DNA of 64,000 nt, taken from Candidatus Latescibacterota bacterium. GTDB lineage: Bacteria > Latescibacterota > UBA2968. The stretch covers positions 6,976,001-7,040,000 of the forward strand of contig OZ240241.1 in NCBI GenBank assembly GCA_965198115.1, given 5' to 3'. Both the position numbers and the translations under genes were made by a program. Below the pieces are notes generated by a model. That model had not been told where the DNA came from. It ran no database searches and was given only the letters and a program-made list of their open reading frames with translations. Below, in pieces: positions 38,854 to 49,400 of this stretch; position 1 is the stretch's first letter, and each line of letters opens with the position of its first letter.

Positions 38854-39450
38854 TTAGGCGCAGCGTCGGTCGAGCTCGTTGTGGACGAGGACGATGCAGT
38901 GGGAGGCGAACAGGAGTCGTGGCCCGAGGCTGACGGGTGTTGCCCCGAGTCGGCGAAGATACTTGTCGGTCTTCCTGGGCATGGAGAGAAAGTCGGTGAA
39001 GACGAACGAGGGTGTTTCGCCGAAATCCATCTCTCGGATGTCGGCGCCTTTGCGGTCGAGATAGAAGAGATGATCGTGTGAACGATCTTGCAAGAGACGT
39101 TCGAAACCTCGCTTGGCGACGGTCAGACCCGGAATCGCCTCTAGAGCGTCGTTGGTGTCGAGACCCTGCCCTGCTTCAAGTGCATAGCGAATCGACTTTG
39201 CGATACTTTGCTCGTCGAACCCTTCGAGCGATCCGAGCGTCCGACCGTCGAAAGTGACCGTTTTGGGTGGGTCCGATGGGCCGTCGAGGACGATGTGGAT
39301 GACCGTGTCGTCCCGAATGTGATTCGCGTAGAACAACGCGTTCGATACGCAGTGCGCGACGACCTCGAAATGTCCGACCGCCGGTAGGTCGAGCAGATCG
39401 AAATCGGGCGATGTCGGACCCCTGCGTGCCCGTAGGATGAATTCTCTCAA
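38854..39450 (-). CDS. trmY: tRNA (pseudouridine54-N1)-methyltransferase TrmY-like SPOUT protein
   Basis: MREFILRAR..PT, H...NA.F.A...R.D...H.VL.GP...PKT, F.EQ, F.F.D...MP, SLGP..LFASHCIVL.HNELD. Confidence 0.85.
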   Translation of the reverse strand: MREFILRARRGPTSPDFDLLDLPAVGHFEVVAHCVSNALFYANHIRDDTVIHIVLDGPSDPPKTVTFDGRTLGSLEGFDEQSIAKSIRYALEAGQGLDTNDALEAIPGLTVAKRGFERLLQDRSHDHLFYLDRKGADIREMDFGETPSFVFTDFLSMPRKTDKYLRRLGATPVSLGPRLLFASHCIVLVHNELDRRCA

Positions 39451-39460
39451 GGATCAGGCC

Positions 39461-40207
39461 GTGGTCGGTGCTGTCACAATTCTGGTTTCGTTGCTGTACG
39501 CCCCCCTTTGGGGAGCTGAGGAAAACAAGCGTTCTACGAAAGACGCCGCAACCGATTCAGTGATGGTGAGTCTGCAGGCGCTAAGCAAAGGAGTTGTTTC
39601 GTGCGTCGCCGACGTCGAGACCGTCGTCACCATCGAAGGCCAGCGTGTCGAGATTCAGGGCACAGGTTCGTTCAAGCTGCCCAATCGGATGCGGGTTGAA
39701 AAGCGACTTGCCGATGGGGCTCGGGAAGTTTCTGTGTCGGACGGTAGTTATCTGTGGATGTACGATGTGGACGAAAACACCGTGACCCGGATCAACCTGA
39801 GTAGTGTCTATTCGGCCACGGACGTGGAAGCCGATCTGGATCAGTTCGATCCGCTCAGACCTTTCCGTGGCGTCGAGTGGGAATCGATACGTCACGCCGG
39901 CGAAGACACGACGGGAGGCGCCACGGTCCAGATCTTTTGGGCAAGACCGTTGCCCAACCTGCTGACGACACAACTTCCGACGACGATCGATCGCGTGGAG
40001 CTGCGTGTTGCTTCGAAAGATGGACTATTGCGCTCCGCGACGCTGCTGAATGTCGATCGGAATGCCGTGATCGTGCAACGATTCAAGAACATCGACAGCG
40101 ATCAGGACGTGGACGACGGACGTTTCCGGTTCGTGGTGCCTGCAGGGGCGCATCCGGTGGACGCGACTTCGGAGATGATAGAACTTTTGCGTCCCGACAC
40201 CGATTGA
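39461..40207 (+). CDS. LolA-like outer-membrane lipoprotein carrier/sorting family protein
   Basis: Signal peptide; G...FK.P.RMR.E, VSDG..LW.Y....N.V, F.F..P.GA..VD. Start 39461 or 39437. Confidence 0.75.
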   Translation: MVGAVTILVSLLYAPLWGAEENKRSTKDAATDSVMVSLQALSKGVVSCVADVETVVTIEGQRVEIQGTGSFKLPNRMRVEKRLADGAREVSVSDGSYLWMYDVDENTVTRINLSSVYSATDVEADLDQFDPLRPFRGVEWESIRHAGEDTTGGATVQIFWARPLPNLLTTQLPTTIDRVELRVASKDGLLRSATLLNVDRNAVIVQRFKNIDSDQDVDDGRFRFVVPAGAHPVDATSEMIELLRPDTD

Positions 40208-40208
40208 T

Positions 40209-40757
40209 TCATTGCAGGATGTATTTGGAGTAATAGAGTGCCTTGATGGGCGGCGGCTCGAGTTGTCCAAGTTCTTCGAGGACCGCGTTGTATTCCCACC
40301 CCAACATCGTGTTGAACTCATCGAGGAGACGCTGCCGCGTTTCCTCTTTGATTTTGGGCGTCCTGAGCTCTTCTCGTGTGTATTCGCTGTAGACATCGAT
40401 CATCATGTTCTGTGCTTTGGCCCAATTCCACGGTTTGAGGATCATTTCGTCGAAGACCAGGGACCGATTGTTGTAGGCGATGTCGAACTTGAGGATGAGG
40501 AAAAATCGACCGCGGCTGTCGAGAGGGTTGATGAAGAGCTCGGGCATGTCGAGATAAATTTCTTCCTCGACAATCGATTCGGGCTGGACATAGTCCGGTA
40601 CCACTGTCCCGTCGTCGACGGGTTCTTCGCGGATGAGAAACCACCAGATCAGACCGCCTATCAGTGCGAGCGCCAATACCGCCGCAACGATGATGGCGAT
40701 CCAGTTCAGTTCGTCTTCTTCGCCCTCGTCATCGAGGATTTCTTCGTCATCGGCCAT
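40209..40757 (-). CDS. FliL-like single-pass membrane protein
   Basis: Acidic N-terminus, TM ending GG..WWF, FINP.DS.GR.FL, EL.T...KE..R..L....N, I..LYY.KYILQ (FliL C-terminal pattern). Confidence 0.75.
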   Translation of the reverse strand: MADDEEILDDEGEEDELNWIAIIVAAVLALALIGGLIWWFLIREEPVDDGTVVPDYVQPESIVEEEIYLDMPELFINPLDSRGRFFLILKFDIAYNNRSLVFDEMILKPWNWAKAQNMMIDVYSEYTREELRTPKIKEETRQRLLDEFNTMLGWEYNAVLEELGQLEPPPIKALYYSKYILQ

Positions 40758-40819
40758 AGTTTACATGATAGGGTGATTCCCAAACCCGGACAAACGTGCA
40801 CGCTGAAACCGAGGTGACT

Positions 40820-41995
40820 ATGTTAGAAGAGTCGATCGTGACGGCCATCAAGGAAAGTGTCGACAGAGAGCGTCTGGTCGAGACGGCAACCGGGCTTGTG
40901 AACGTCCCGAGTCCGACGACGGAAGCCGGTGCGGTGGCCGACCATTTCGCCGGGATTCTCACATCCGACGGGTTCGATGTTGAACGGGTGGAGGCGGACT
41001 GGCCGGAATCACCTGCCGTTGTGACCCGGCTCCGTTCGAGTCACGAAGGTCGAACGCTCCAGTTCAACGGGCATCTCGACACCGTCCACCTGCCTTTCGT
41101 CGACGCATCGGTGGCAGATGGCGTCCTGCGTGGGTCGGGTGCCTCGGATATGAAGGGCGGAATCGCCGCGTTCGTCGAAGCGATGCGAGTGTTGCGAGAG
41201 ACGGGCTTCCTTCCAGCCGGATCGATCCTGCTGACTGCCCACGACCATCACGAAGGACCCTGGGGCGACAAGCGACAGCTGAAAGCCCTGATTCGGGATG
41301 GCTACGTGGGAGATGCGGTGATGCTGCCGGAGTATCTTGCGGGCGTCCTGCCGCTGCGAGGTCGCGGGATGGGCATCTTCAGGGTCGGCGTATCGCGGCC
41401 AGGAGATCCGATTCACGAGGTGCTGCGCCCCGACGGCCTTCCGAACGTGGTCGCGGCTTCTGTGAGGATCACGGATAGGCTCTACGCGTTGGCTGACGAC
41501 CTGAAGGCGCGTAGCCCGGGGCCAGGCGTCGACACGGTGTTCGTCGGGCAATTGGAGGCAGGCGAGATCTACAACCAAGCGCCCGTGGAGGCCCGCCTCG
41601 CGGGTACACGCAGGTGGACGGTGGCCGGTTCGGGTGATGAGGCGATCGGTGAGGTGGCGGCGGTTGTGGAGGAGGCGGCCGCCCCCTTCGGTGTCGAGGT
41701 GTCGTTCACGTCGACGCGACAGGGAGAGGCGTTCGCGATTGACGAAGGGGAGGCGGTCGTGGGCGCGTTCCAGGCCGCCCACACGGCTTCGACGGGACAT
41801 CCGTTGGCCGTGGGGGAGAAGCCGTTCCTGGACGACGGAAACCTGTTTCTCGCTCACGCGGGGATACCGGCGATCACGCACGGCCCCGATGCACACGGCG
41901 CGCACACGACGGAGGAGTGGGTTTCGGTGGATGAGCTCGTGCGTGTGGCCGAAGTCTACGCCCTCACTGCCATCGCCTTCTGCGGGGGGAATTGA
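40820..41995 (+). CDS. M20/ArgE/DapE family metallo-hydrolase
   Basis: NGHLDTV, G.GA.DMKGG, GP....AH...E. HE replaces the usual EE. Confidence 0.88.
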   Translation: MLEESIVTAIKESVDRERLVETATGLVNVPSPTTEAGAVADHFAGILTSDGFDVERVEADWPESPAVVTRLRSSHEGRTLQFNGHLDTVHLPFVDASVADGVLRGSGASDMKGGIAAFVEAMRVLRETGFLPAGSILLTAHDHHEGPWGDKRQLKALIRDGYVGDAVMLPEYLAGVLPLRGRGMGIFRVGVSRPGDPIHEVLRPDGLPNVVAASVRITDRLYALADDLKARSPGPGVDTVFVGQLEAGEIYNQAPVEARLAGTRRWTVAGSGDEAIGEVAAVVEEAAAPFGVEVSFTSTRQGEAFAIDEGEAVVGAFQAAHTASTGHPLAVGEKPFLDDGNLFLAHAGIPAITHGPDAHGAHTTEEWVSVDELVRVAEVYALTAIAFCGGN

Positions 41996-42879
41996 CGGGC
42001 TTGGATATCTCGGCCGGGGAAGCCGTCGGTCTCGCCTGCGCCTTTGTCTGGGCGCTCAACGGGGTGATCATACGGACGCAGTCCTACAAGGTTCCTCCAG
42101 TGCTGATGAACGCGATCCGGTGTGCGGCGGCGGGCATCTGTTTCTGGATCGGGCTGGCGGTGACGAGTTCGCTCGCCGTCTACGGATTGCTCAGCGCGAG
42201 GGAATGGGGGCTTCTGCTCGGTTCGGTGGTCATCGGCGTGACGATGGGCGACACGCTGTATCTGTGGTCGATCCGGGAGATCGGGATCTCCCGGACGATG
42301 GCGCTCGTGAGCGTTGTTCCGTTGACCACGCTGTTCTTCGAACACGTCCTGCTCGACCAGCCATTTCCGCCCCGTTTCGTCGCTGGGTGTTGTCTCGTGG
42401 TGATCGGGGTGACATCTCTGTCGCTCAAGTCGAAGTTGGAACGAAGCAAGGGGGCGGGCGATCGGCAGTGGCTCGGTGTTCTGCTTTCGCTTTCGGCGGC
42501 CGTGCTGTGGGGTCTAAGCACGGTGATGATCAAGCCGGCGATCGAACAGCTGTCGCCGATCGAGGCTAACAGCGTGAGAATGCCTGTGGTCGTGCTGTTT
42601 CTGTTCGCGGCCCATCGCTTCACCGGATCCGGCCCCGTAGAGGCTTCGCGGTCGACCCTCGCGATCGTGGCTGCGACCGGGCTGCTGGGTATGGGTCTGG
42701 GGTCCTACCTCTTTTTCAAGGCGATCGATACGATCGGGCCGGCGAAGACGGCCGTCCTCGCAGCGATCGCGCCGGTGTTCGGGATGGTAATGGCGGTGGT
42801 GTTCTTGAAGGAACGAGTGACAAGACGGGTGATAGCGGGTGTGGGGTTGTGCGTGGGAGGTGTGTGGTTCGTCCTGTGA
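41992..42879 (+). CDS. DMT/EamA family transporter
   Basis: About 10 hydrophobic helices in two EamA repeats; FLKER. Confidence 0.88.
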   Translation: MTGLDISAGEAVGLACAFVWALNGVIIRTQSYKVPPVLMNAIRCAAAGICFWIGLAVTSSLAVYGLLSAREWGLLLGSVVIGVTMGDTLYLWSIREIGISRTMALVSVVPLTTLFFEHVLLDQPFPPRFVAGCCLVVIGVTSLSLKSKLERSKGAGDRQWLGVLLSLSAAVLWGLSTVMIKPAIEQLSPIEANSVRMPVVVLFLFAAHRFTGSGPVEASRSTLAIVAATGLLGMGLGSYLFFKAIDTIGPAKTAVLAAIAPVFGMVMAVVFLKERVTRRVIAGVGLCVGGVWFVL

Positions 42880-42888
42880 AACCGGGAA

Positions 42889-42916
42889 TGACCAATGACA
42901 GGTGACCAGTGACAAA
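42889..42916 (+). repeat. Four heptamers TGAC(C/A)RR
   Basis: TGACCAA TGACAGG TGACCAG TGACAAA just after the DMT stop. Confidence 0.7.
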
Positions 42917-42931
42917 AGTGAAAGCTCTGCA

Positions 42932-45900
42932 TTGACCGATACCCTTGAGCTTTTCCATCCGCTGATCGAGAAGTGGTTCGAGGAGCAGGTGGGGAATCCG
43001 ACGGATGTGCAGCGGCAGGCCTGGCCGAGAATCGCGGCGGGTGAGCACGTTCTGATCACTGCGCCGACGGGCAGCGGGAAGACGATGGCCTCGTTTCTGT
43101 GGGCGATCAACCAGCTGGTGACCGGAGCGGTTCCGTGCGGTTTCACGAGCGTGGTTTACGTCTCTCCGCTAAAGGCACTCAACAACGACATTCAGAGAAA
43201 CCTCCTGTCGCCGCTTCAGGCGCTTCGGTCGATTTTCGACGAAGCCCACGAGGTGTTTCCGGACATTCGGGTCCTCACACGGAGCGGCGACACGCCACAG
43301 TCCGACCGCCGGCGTATGCTGCGTGAGCCACCCGAGATTCTGATTACGACACCTGAGAGTCTGAACCTGATGCTGAGTTCGAAAGGGGGATGCTCTATTC
43401 TGGGTGGGGTCAGGTCGGTACTGCTGGACGAGGTGCACGGCGTGTTCGATTCGAAGCGGGGTGTGCATTTGATGACCGCCGTCGAACGTCTCACGCGGCT
43501 GTCGGGCGAGTTCCAGCGCATCGCGCTGTCGGCCACGATACGACCGATGGAAACGGTCGCCGATTTCGTGGGCGGCTTTCGTCTGGAGGGAGCGGCCGAG
43601 GCGCCGAGCTTTACGCCTCGCAGCGTGACGCGAGTCGCTTCCTCCACCGAGAAACGATACGATCTCAGCATCGTGTCGCTCGACGAAGCGTTCGATCCGG
43701 CCGACCCCGACGCCGTCTGGGGTCCCGTGGTGGAAGACTGCAAGTCTCACATTCGCACGAATCGTTCGACGCTGATCTTTGCGAACAGCCGCCGTCTCGT
43801 CGAGACACTCACGCTAAAGATCAACGAGGGTGAGCCCAAGCCCATCGCCTACTCGCATCACGGTGCGCTGTCCCGGGAAATCAGAACGGAAGTCGAGGCC
43901 CGGCTGAAGTCAGGGGATCTGCGCGCCATCGTCGCCACGAATTCGCTGGAGATGGGTATCGACATCGGTGCACTCGACGAGGTCCTTCTAGTTCAGTCGC
44001 CGCGGGCCATCTCTTCGGCCGTTCAGCGGGTCGGACGGGCGGGGCACCATGGGCGAAGTGAGTCGTGCCGTCTTCTACCCGACGCACGCGCAGGATTTCC
44101 TGGAGTCGGCGGTCTTGGCGAAGGGGATCGCCAGCGGCGATATCGAGGCGGCGAGGCCGGTGAGGAACCCGCTGGATGTGCTCGCGCAGGTGCTCGTGTC
44201 GATGACGTGTATGGAAACGTGGCCACTCGAAGGGCTGTATGCGTTCGTGCGAACGTGCTGGTCGTTTCACGAGCTGAGTCGCACGCAGTTCGACCTCGTG
44301 ATCCGTATGCTGGCCGGGCGCTATGCGGACAGCCGAATCCGGGAACTGCAGCCACGTGTTTCTGTCGATGGACTGGAGAACACGGTGACGGGCAGGAAGG
44401 GGGCCCTCCAGGTTCTGTATCGATCGGGTGGGACGATCCCGGATCGTGGCTACTTCCATATGCGACACGTTCAGGGCGATGCGCGAATCGGGGAACTGGA
44501 CGAAGAGTTCGTGTGGGAGGCGGATGTCGGCAAGACATTCACCCTGGGGACCCAGCAATGGCGAATCGAGCAGATCACGCACAATGATGTGTTCGTCAGC
44601 CCTGCGAGCGGCAATGTCAAGGATCTTCCGTTCTGGAAGGCGGAAGGGTACGCGCGGGATTTCCACTTCTCCGAGCAGATCGGAGGGTTTCTGGAGGATG
44701 CCGACGGGCGTGTGGACGATTCGGAATTCGAAGCGTCCCTCAGATCGGGCTATGGCCTGGACGAAGCTGCGGCAGATCGGCTGACGACTTTTTTGAAGGA
44801 TCAGAAGTCGCGCACACGGACGTCGCTGCCGCATCGTCATCACCTGCTCGTGGAAGCCGTGGAGTCGGGTCCGAAGGGGGCACCCGGCAATCAGATCGTG
44901 CTGCATACCCTTTGGGGAGGACGTGTGAACGTTCCCTTCGCGCTGGCGATGGAAACCGCGTGGGAGGATCGCTTCGGACAGCCCCTCGAGGTCTTTCCGA
45001 ACAATGAGGGCGTCGTCCTGATGGTTCCGGACGACGTCGAACCTGAAGAAGTGCTCTCGCTCGTCACGCCAGCCAATCTGGAGTCGCTGATTCGGCGCCG
45101 TCTCGAAAGTTCCGGTTTCTTCGGCGCGCGCTTCAGGGAATGTGCGGGTCGGGCGCTCGTCGTGACCCGGACAAGGGCTGGCGAACGGATGCCTCTGTGG
45201 CTGAGCCGTCTGAAGTCGAAAAAGCTTCTGGCCGCGGTCAGCCGGTTCGATGACTTTCCGATTCTGCTTGAGACGTGGCGCGCCTGCCTGCAGGACGAAT
45301 TCGATCTGGAGAATCTCGGAAAGGTGCTGGGCGAGCTTGAGTCGGGCGCGGTCTCGTGGAGTTGTGCGCAGACGATTTTTCCAAGTCCGATGGCGCAGAC
45401 GGGGGCGTGGCGGCAGGTGAATCAATATATGTACGGGAACGACTCGCCGAAGGGAGGTGTTTCGTCCAACCTGCGAAACGATCTGATCCGGGATGCTGTT
45501 CTGATACCGGAGCTGCGTCCGACGATCGATGGCGATCTCGCCAGCCGGTTCGAACAGAAGCGACAGAGGCTGTGGCAAGGCTATGCGCCCGGTGACGCGC
45601 TCGACCTCGTGGAGTGGATCAAGGAACGGATCGCCCTACCGGAGGAGGAGTGGAACGCGCTGTTAGACGCGATCCGGCGCGACCACGTGGAGGAGGCGAG
45701 TGGTCTGATCGAGGAGGCGTCCGATCGGCTGGCACGACTCGATATCGGTGATCGCTCGCTCGTCCTGGCCATCGAGCGTCTGGCCGAGGTCTGTTCCGCC
45801 TGGTATGCCGGTTCCGACGTGATCGCCGGGCGTCTTTCGGACGATCGACCGATTGAAATCGTGGCACAGGCGGACTCGGTGGATGAGGAGGGGGAAGAAA

Positions 45901-47369
45901 TCGTCGATCGTTTGCTGGGTGAATGGCTGTCGTTCTATGGGCCGACCGAGCTGGCCGCGATCGCCGAGCGTCTGGGGTTGGATCGGCTGATGGTCGAATC
46001 CGCGATCGACGATCTGGTCGAGTCCGAGACGGTCGTACAGGGGACGCTGCTCGAGGCGGATGCGTCGAACCTCGTGTGCGATGCCGAGAATTTCGAGATT
46101 CTGATTCGGTTGTCGCGATCGGACGCGAAGCCTTCGTTAGTGGCGCGGCCGATCGAGGAGCTGGCGCCGTTCCTGGCCCGATACCAGGGACTGGCGGAAC
46201 CGGTTGAGGGCGTGGAGGGCGTCTACAGGGCTGTCGAACGTCTATCAGGGTATCGCGCCCCAGCTGCGTTGTGGGAGTCCGAGTTTCTATCCGCCCGCGT
46301 GGCCGGCTACGAAGGGGGAGATCTGGACACGTTGATGCAGGAGGGGGGCCTGCGCTGGATCGGTACGCTGGGTGAACAGGTGACGGTCTATCTCGCACCC
46401 GACCACGATCTGCTCTTCGATGATGCGGTCGAAACGGTCTCCGGGGACGATCGTCACCGGACGCTCTTTCCGGATTCAACGGCGCGGTATGATTTTATGA
46501 CTTTGTTGAAGCGAACGGGGATGCAGGCGCCGGCGCTTTCGACCCTGCTGTGGGAAGGTGTGTGGTCTACGACCCTCGTGAACGACAGCTTCGGGGCCTT
46601 GAGACGCGGTCTCGAAACGCGGTTCACCGCGCCGGAGACGGTTGCGGATTTCTCTCGTACGACAGGGCGGAGCCGGAGAGCGACTTTCGGGGCCTGGCGG
46701 AGCCAGGTGTTGCCAGGGAATTGGATGCCGGTGACTCCGGTTGAACCGCCCGATGGACTGGTCGATCGGGAAGAACGAAACAAGGACCGTGTCAGAATGG
46801 TGCTCGACCGGTATGGCATCGTCTTCAGAGAGCTGCTCGCGCGGGAGACTTCGCCATTCAGGTGGGGCGCGCTGTTCCGGTCCCTCAGGCTGATGGAGCT
46901 GTCGGGTGAAGTCGTGGCCGGGTATTTCTTCGAGGACCTTGCGGGTCCCCAGTTCGCCTCACACCAGGCGTTCCGGATGCTTCAACGAGAATTCGAAGAT
47001 GTCGTTTTTTGGATGAGTGCCGTCGACCCAGCCTCGGTATGCGGGCTGCCGGTGGACGCTCTCAGGGGGAAACTCCCACGACGGATTCCAGGAAACCATC
47101 TTGTCTTCCGTGGGACAGAATGCGTGATGACGTCGCTTCGGTCGGGAAGGGAGCTCACGATCGATCTGGATCCGACGGACGCCGACCTCCCCTCTTGTTT
47201 AGGCGTCCTGCGACACCTGATGACGCGCCATTTTAACCCGATCCGGTCGATCACGGTCGAAAAGATCAACGGTCAGGACGCTGGGACGGGACCCTACGTC
47301 GACGTCCTGAGGACGGTCTTCGACGCCCACGTTGACTTCCGTTCCGTGGTGCTACATCGAAAGATTTGA
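42932..47369 (+). pseudogene. lhr: Lhr-family SF2 helicase (long form), frameshifted near 44050 as sequenced
   Basis: APTGSGKT, SPLKAL.ND, ITTPESL, DEVH, SAT, HHG.LS, QRVGRAGH, then GEVSR...NPLDVLAQ, GGTIPDRG, GELDEEF in the next frame; C-terminal LDRYGIVFRE...LMELSGEV..GYF. Confidence 0.9.
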
Positions 47370-47397
47370 AGAATTACCAGTTTGCCGTAAGCGCACG

Positions 47398-47446
47398 GTC
47401 ACACTGAGTCCTTCGACTCCGCTCAGGACAGGCTCCCGTCGAAGTG
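47398..47446. repeat. Nested REP-like element
   Basis: GTCACACTGAGT[CCTTCGACTCCGCTCAGGACAGGCTC]CCGTCGAAGTG. Confidence 0.75.
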
Positions 47447-47477
47447 TCGGTAGTTGGAGGGTTCCTGAGTTGTATGT

Positions 47478-47503
47478 TAAAAGTGGCCCCGGGGCCACTT
47501 TTA
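47478..47503. repeat. Perfect 26-bp palindrome
   Basis: TAAAAGTGGCCCC|GGGGCCACTTTTA. Confidence 0.9.
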
Positions 47504-47570
47504 TGGCCATTTAAAATGGATCTAATCTGTTATGCTGTAAAATAACCAGATAAATACTGATTCACATAAT

Positions 47571-47590
47571 ACCCATATATATATATGGGT
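47571..47590. promoter_or_regulatory. Perfect 20-bp palindrome, putative VapBC operator
   Basis: ACCCATATAT|ATATATGGGT, 34 nt upstream of the antitoxin ATG in an AT-rich tract. Confidence 0.65.
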
Positions 47591-47624
47591 TAATAAATAT
47601 TGTGATATTGTATAAACTGATATT

Positions 47625-47870
47625 ATGAAGACGACCATAGACATTTCGGACAGCCTTCTGTTAAGGGCAAAACAGTTGGCCAAAGAGCAGAATGTGACGC
47701 TCCGGAGTCTTGCCGAAGAAGGTCTGCGGAAAGTGATCGAGGAGCGCTCGGCGCGTGAACCGTGCCGGGTAAGCCCGATTACCTTTCGCGGCAAGGGGCT
47801 CTCCCCTGAGTATCAAGGCGCATCATGGGAGCGCATTCGAGACGCTGCATACGGAGGGCGTGGCGCGTGA
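47625..47870 (+). CDS. vapB: VapB-family ribbon-helix-helix antitoxin
   Basis: MKTTIDISDSLL..AK..A......LR.L.EEGLR. Confidence 0.88.
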   Translation: MKTTIDISDSLLLRAKQLAKEQNVTLRSLAEEGLRKVIEERSAREPCRVSPITFRGKGLSPEYQGASWERIRDAAYGGRGA

Positions 47871-48304
47871 TTGCTGTGGACACGAATCTACTGATCTACG
47901 CCCACCGGGAGGATTCGGATTTCCACAGCCCCACGATCACGGCTTTACAAGGGCTAGCGGAGAACGGTAGCCGGTGGGTCATTCCCTGGCCTTGCCTCCA
48001 CGAATTTCTTGCCATCATTACGCATCCAAGAATCTTCGATCCGCCCACCCCGATACCTCTCGCGCTGGAGGCGATGGAGGTGTGGCTGAGGTCGCCAGGG
48101 TGTGAGATGATAGGTGAAGAGCCGGGCTACTACGAAGAGCTGAAGCGGCTCATTACAAACGGAAAGATCTCAGGGCTGTTGGTTCACGACGCTCGGATCG
48201 CAGCGCTGTGCATTCATCACGGCGTCCAGGTGCTCTGGACGGCCGATCGGGACTTCTCCCGATTCGCCTCGCTCAAGACCCACAATCCCGTTGGTGCCAA
48301 CTAG
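47867..48304 (+). CDS. vapC: VapC PIN-domain toxin
   Basis: GTGA overlap with vapB; IAVDTNLLIYA, HEFL..ITHP.IF, HDARIAA, TADRDF.RF. Confidence 0.92.
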   Translation: MIAVDTNLLIYAHREDSDFHSPTITALQGLAENGSRWVIPWPCLHEFLAIITHPRIFDPPTPIPLALEAMEVWLRSPGCEMIGEEPGYYEELKRLITNGKISGLLVHDARIAALCIHHGVQVLWTADRDFSRFASLKTHNPVGAN

Positions 48305-48620
48305 CTGTTGATTTCGGGTACTCAAGTAGGCAAGAAGCGACTTTCCCGCTAACCGTTTCAGTTGGATACGCTTCGGTTCCAGATGCAGGCATCGGGTCAG
48401 CCCTCCCTAGGTTACGGTCTTTCACCAAAGGTCCCAACCCCGGTCAGACACTGAGCGGCTCTGCCGTGGACCTTGCCGTTCTTCCCGCCTAACCTTTTCG
48501 ATCGTCACGTCCGCTGTCCTCGCGCCCTGCGCATCACGACATCGACCCACGTGCCCCGAGACTTTAAGTGAGTGGCTCCGCTCCGTATCTTTCCTCTGAA
48601 ATCAAGCCGAGGAGAAAACG

Positions 48621-49400
48621 TTGGAAGCGGCAGAGCAAGACACAAAAGGCTACGACTTCGAGGTGGTCGACAAGCGGCTTCGAAGCCTGCGATCGGATAC
48701 CGTCAGTATCGGAGAACTGGGGGAAGCTTGTGGGCTACCTATCCTGGCCGCGAAGGTGGGCGATCGAACGGCGGATCGTCTGACGGTTCTGATGACCGGC
48801 GGTGTCCACGGCGATGAGCCCGCGGGTGTCGAATGCATCCTCCGGTTCCTCGAAGGGTCGGTCGAGGCCTACCTGGACCGTTTTTTCTTCTGTGTGATTC
48901 CGTGTGTGAATCCCTCGGGCTACGTACAGGGGACCCGGGAGAACGCTGATGGCCAGGACATCAATCGGGCGATGTCGGATGACGACGTCGTCGAGTCGGT
49001 CCTTCTGCGACGTTTTATTGCCGGTCGACATTTTCATCTGTTTTTCGATCATCACGAAGATTACGAGGCGACGGGATTCTACATTTACGAAGCGCAGCGC
49101 CAGGATCGACTGCTCGGCACGCAGATGGTCGATGCGATTAAGTCGATCGGCCCGGTCGACGGGGATGAGAATACCGATGAGGGGCTCGACCTGCCCATCT
49201 CGGAAGGTCTTTATGCGATCAACCCGGAATGGAAGGATCAGGGATGGTCGGCCCATGCCTACTACGAGCACGCGGAGCACGTTGTCCTGTGTGAAACACC
49301 ATCGACTGCGTGGCCCCTGGATCAGCGTGTCGATGCCCATCTGACTGCACTGCGGTTGACGCTGGATCACTATACCCAGGTTTCAACGGATTCGACGTGA
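48621..49400 (+). CDS. M14 family metallocarboxypeptidase/succinylglutamate desuccinylase-like protein
   Basis: GGVHGDEPAG, PC.NP.G, RENA.G.D.NR, DHHED, ETP; SD GAGGAG before TTG. Confidence 0.85.
   Translation: MEAAEQDTKGYDFEVVDKRLRSLRSDTVSIGELGEACGLPILAAKVGDRTADRLTVLMTGGVHGDEPAGVECILRFLEGSVEAYLDRFFFCVIPCVNPSGYVQGTRENADGQDINRAMSDDDVVESVLLRRFIAGRHFHLFFDHHEDYEATGFYIYEAQRQDRLLGTQMVDAIKSIGPVDGDENTDEGLDLPISEGLYAINPEWKDQGWSAHAYYEHAEHVVLCETPSTAWPLDQRVDAHLTALRLTLDHYTQVSTDST

Noticed and set aside
44040-44055. Programmed ribosomal frameshift or natural split of Lhr
   Set aside because: No slippery heptamer is present and the break falls immediately after helicase motif VI; an indel is the simpler explanation.
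43881-45578. Long antisense ORFs (565 aa here; also 15494-16354, 20493-21446, 28060-29121, 50096-51082)
   Set aside because: They lie opposite well-supported genes, have no family motifs, and are expected in GC-rich DNA with biased third positions.
48305-48620. Possible riboswitch or ncRNA upstream of the M14 peptidase
   Set aside because: I could not match any known aptamer consensus; an Rfam scan is needed.
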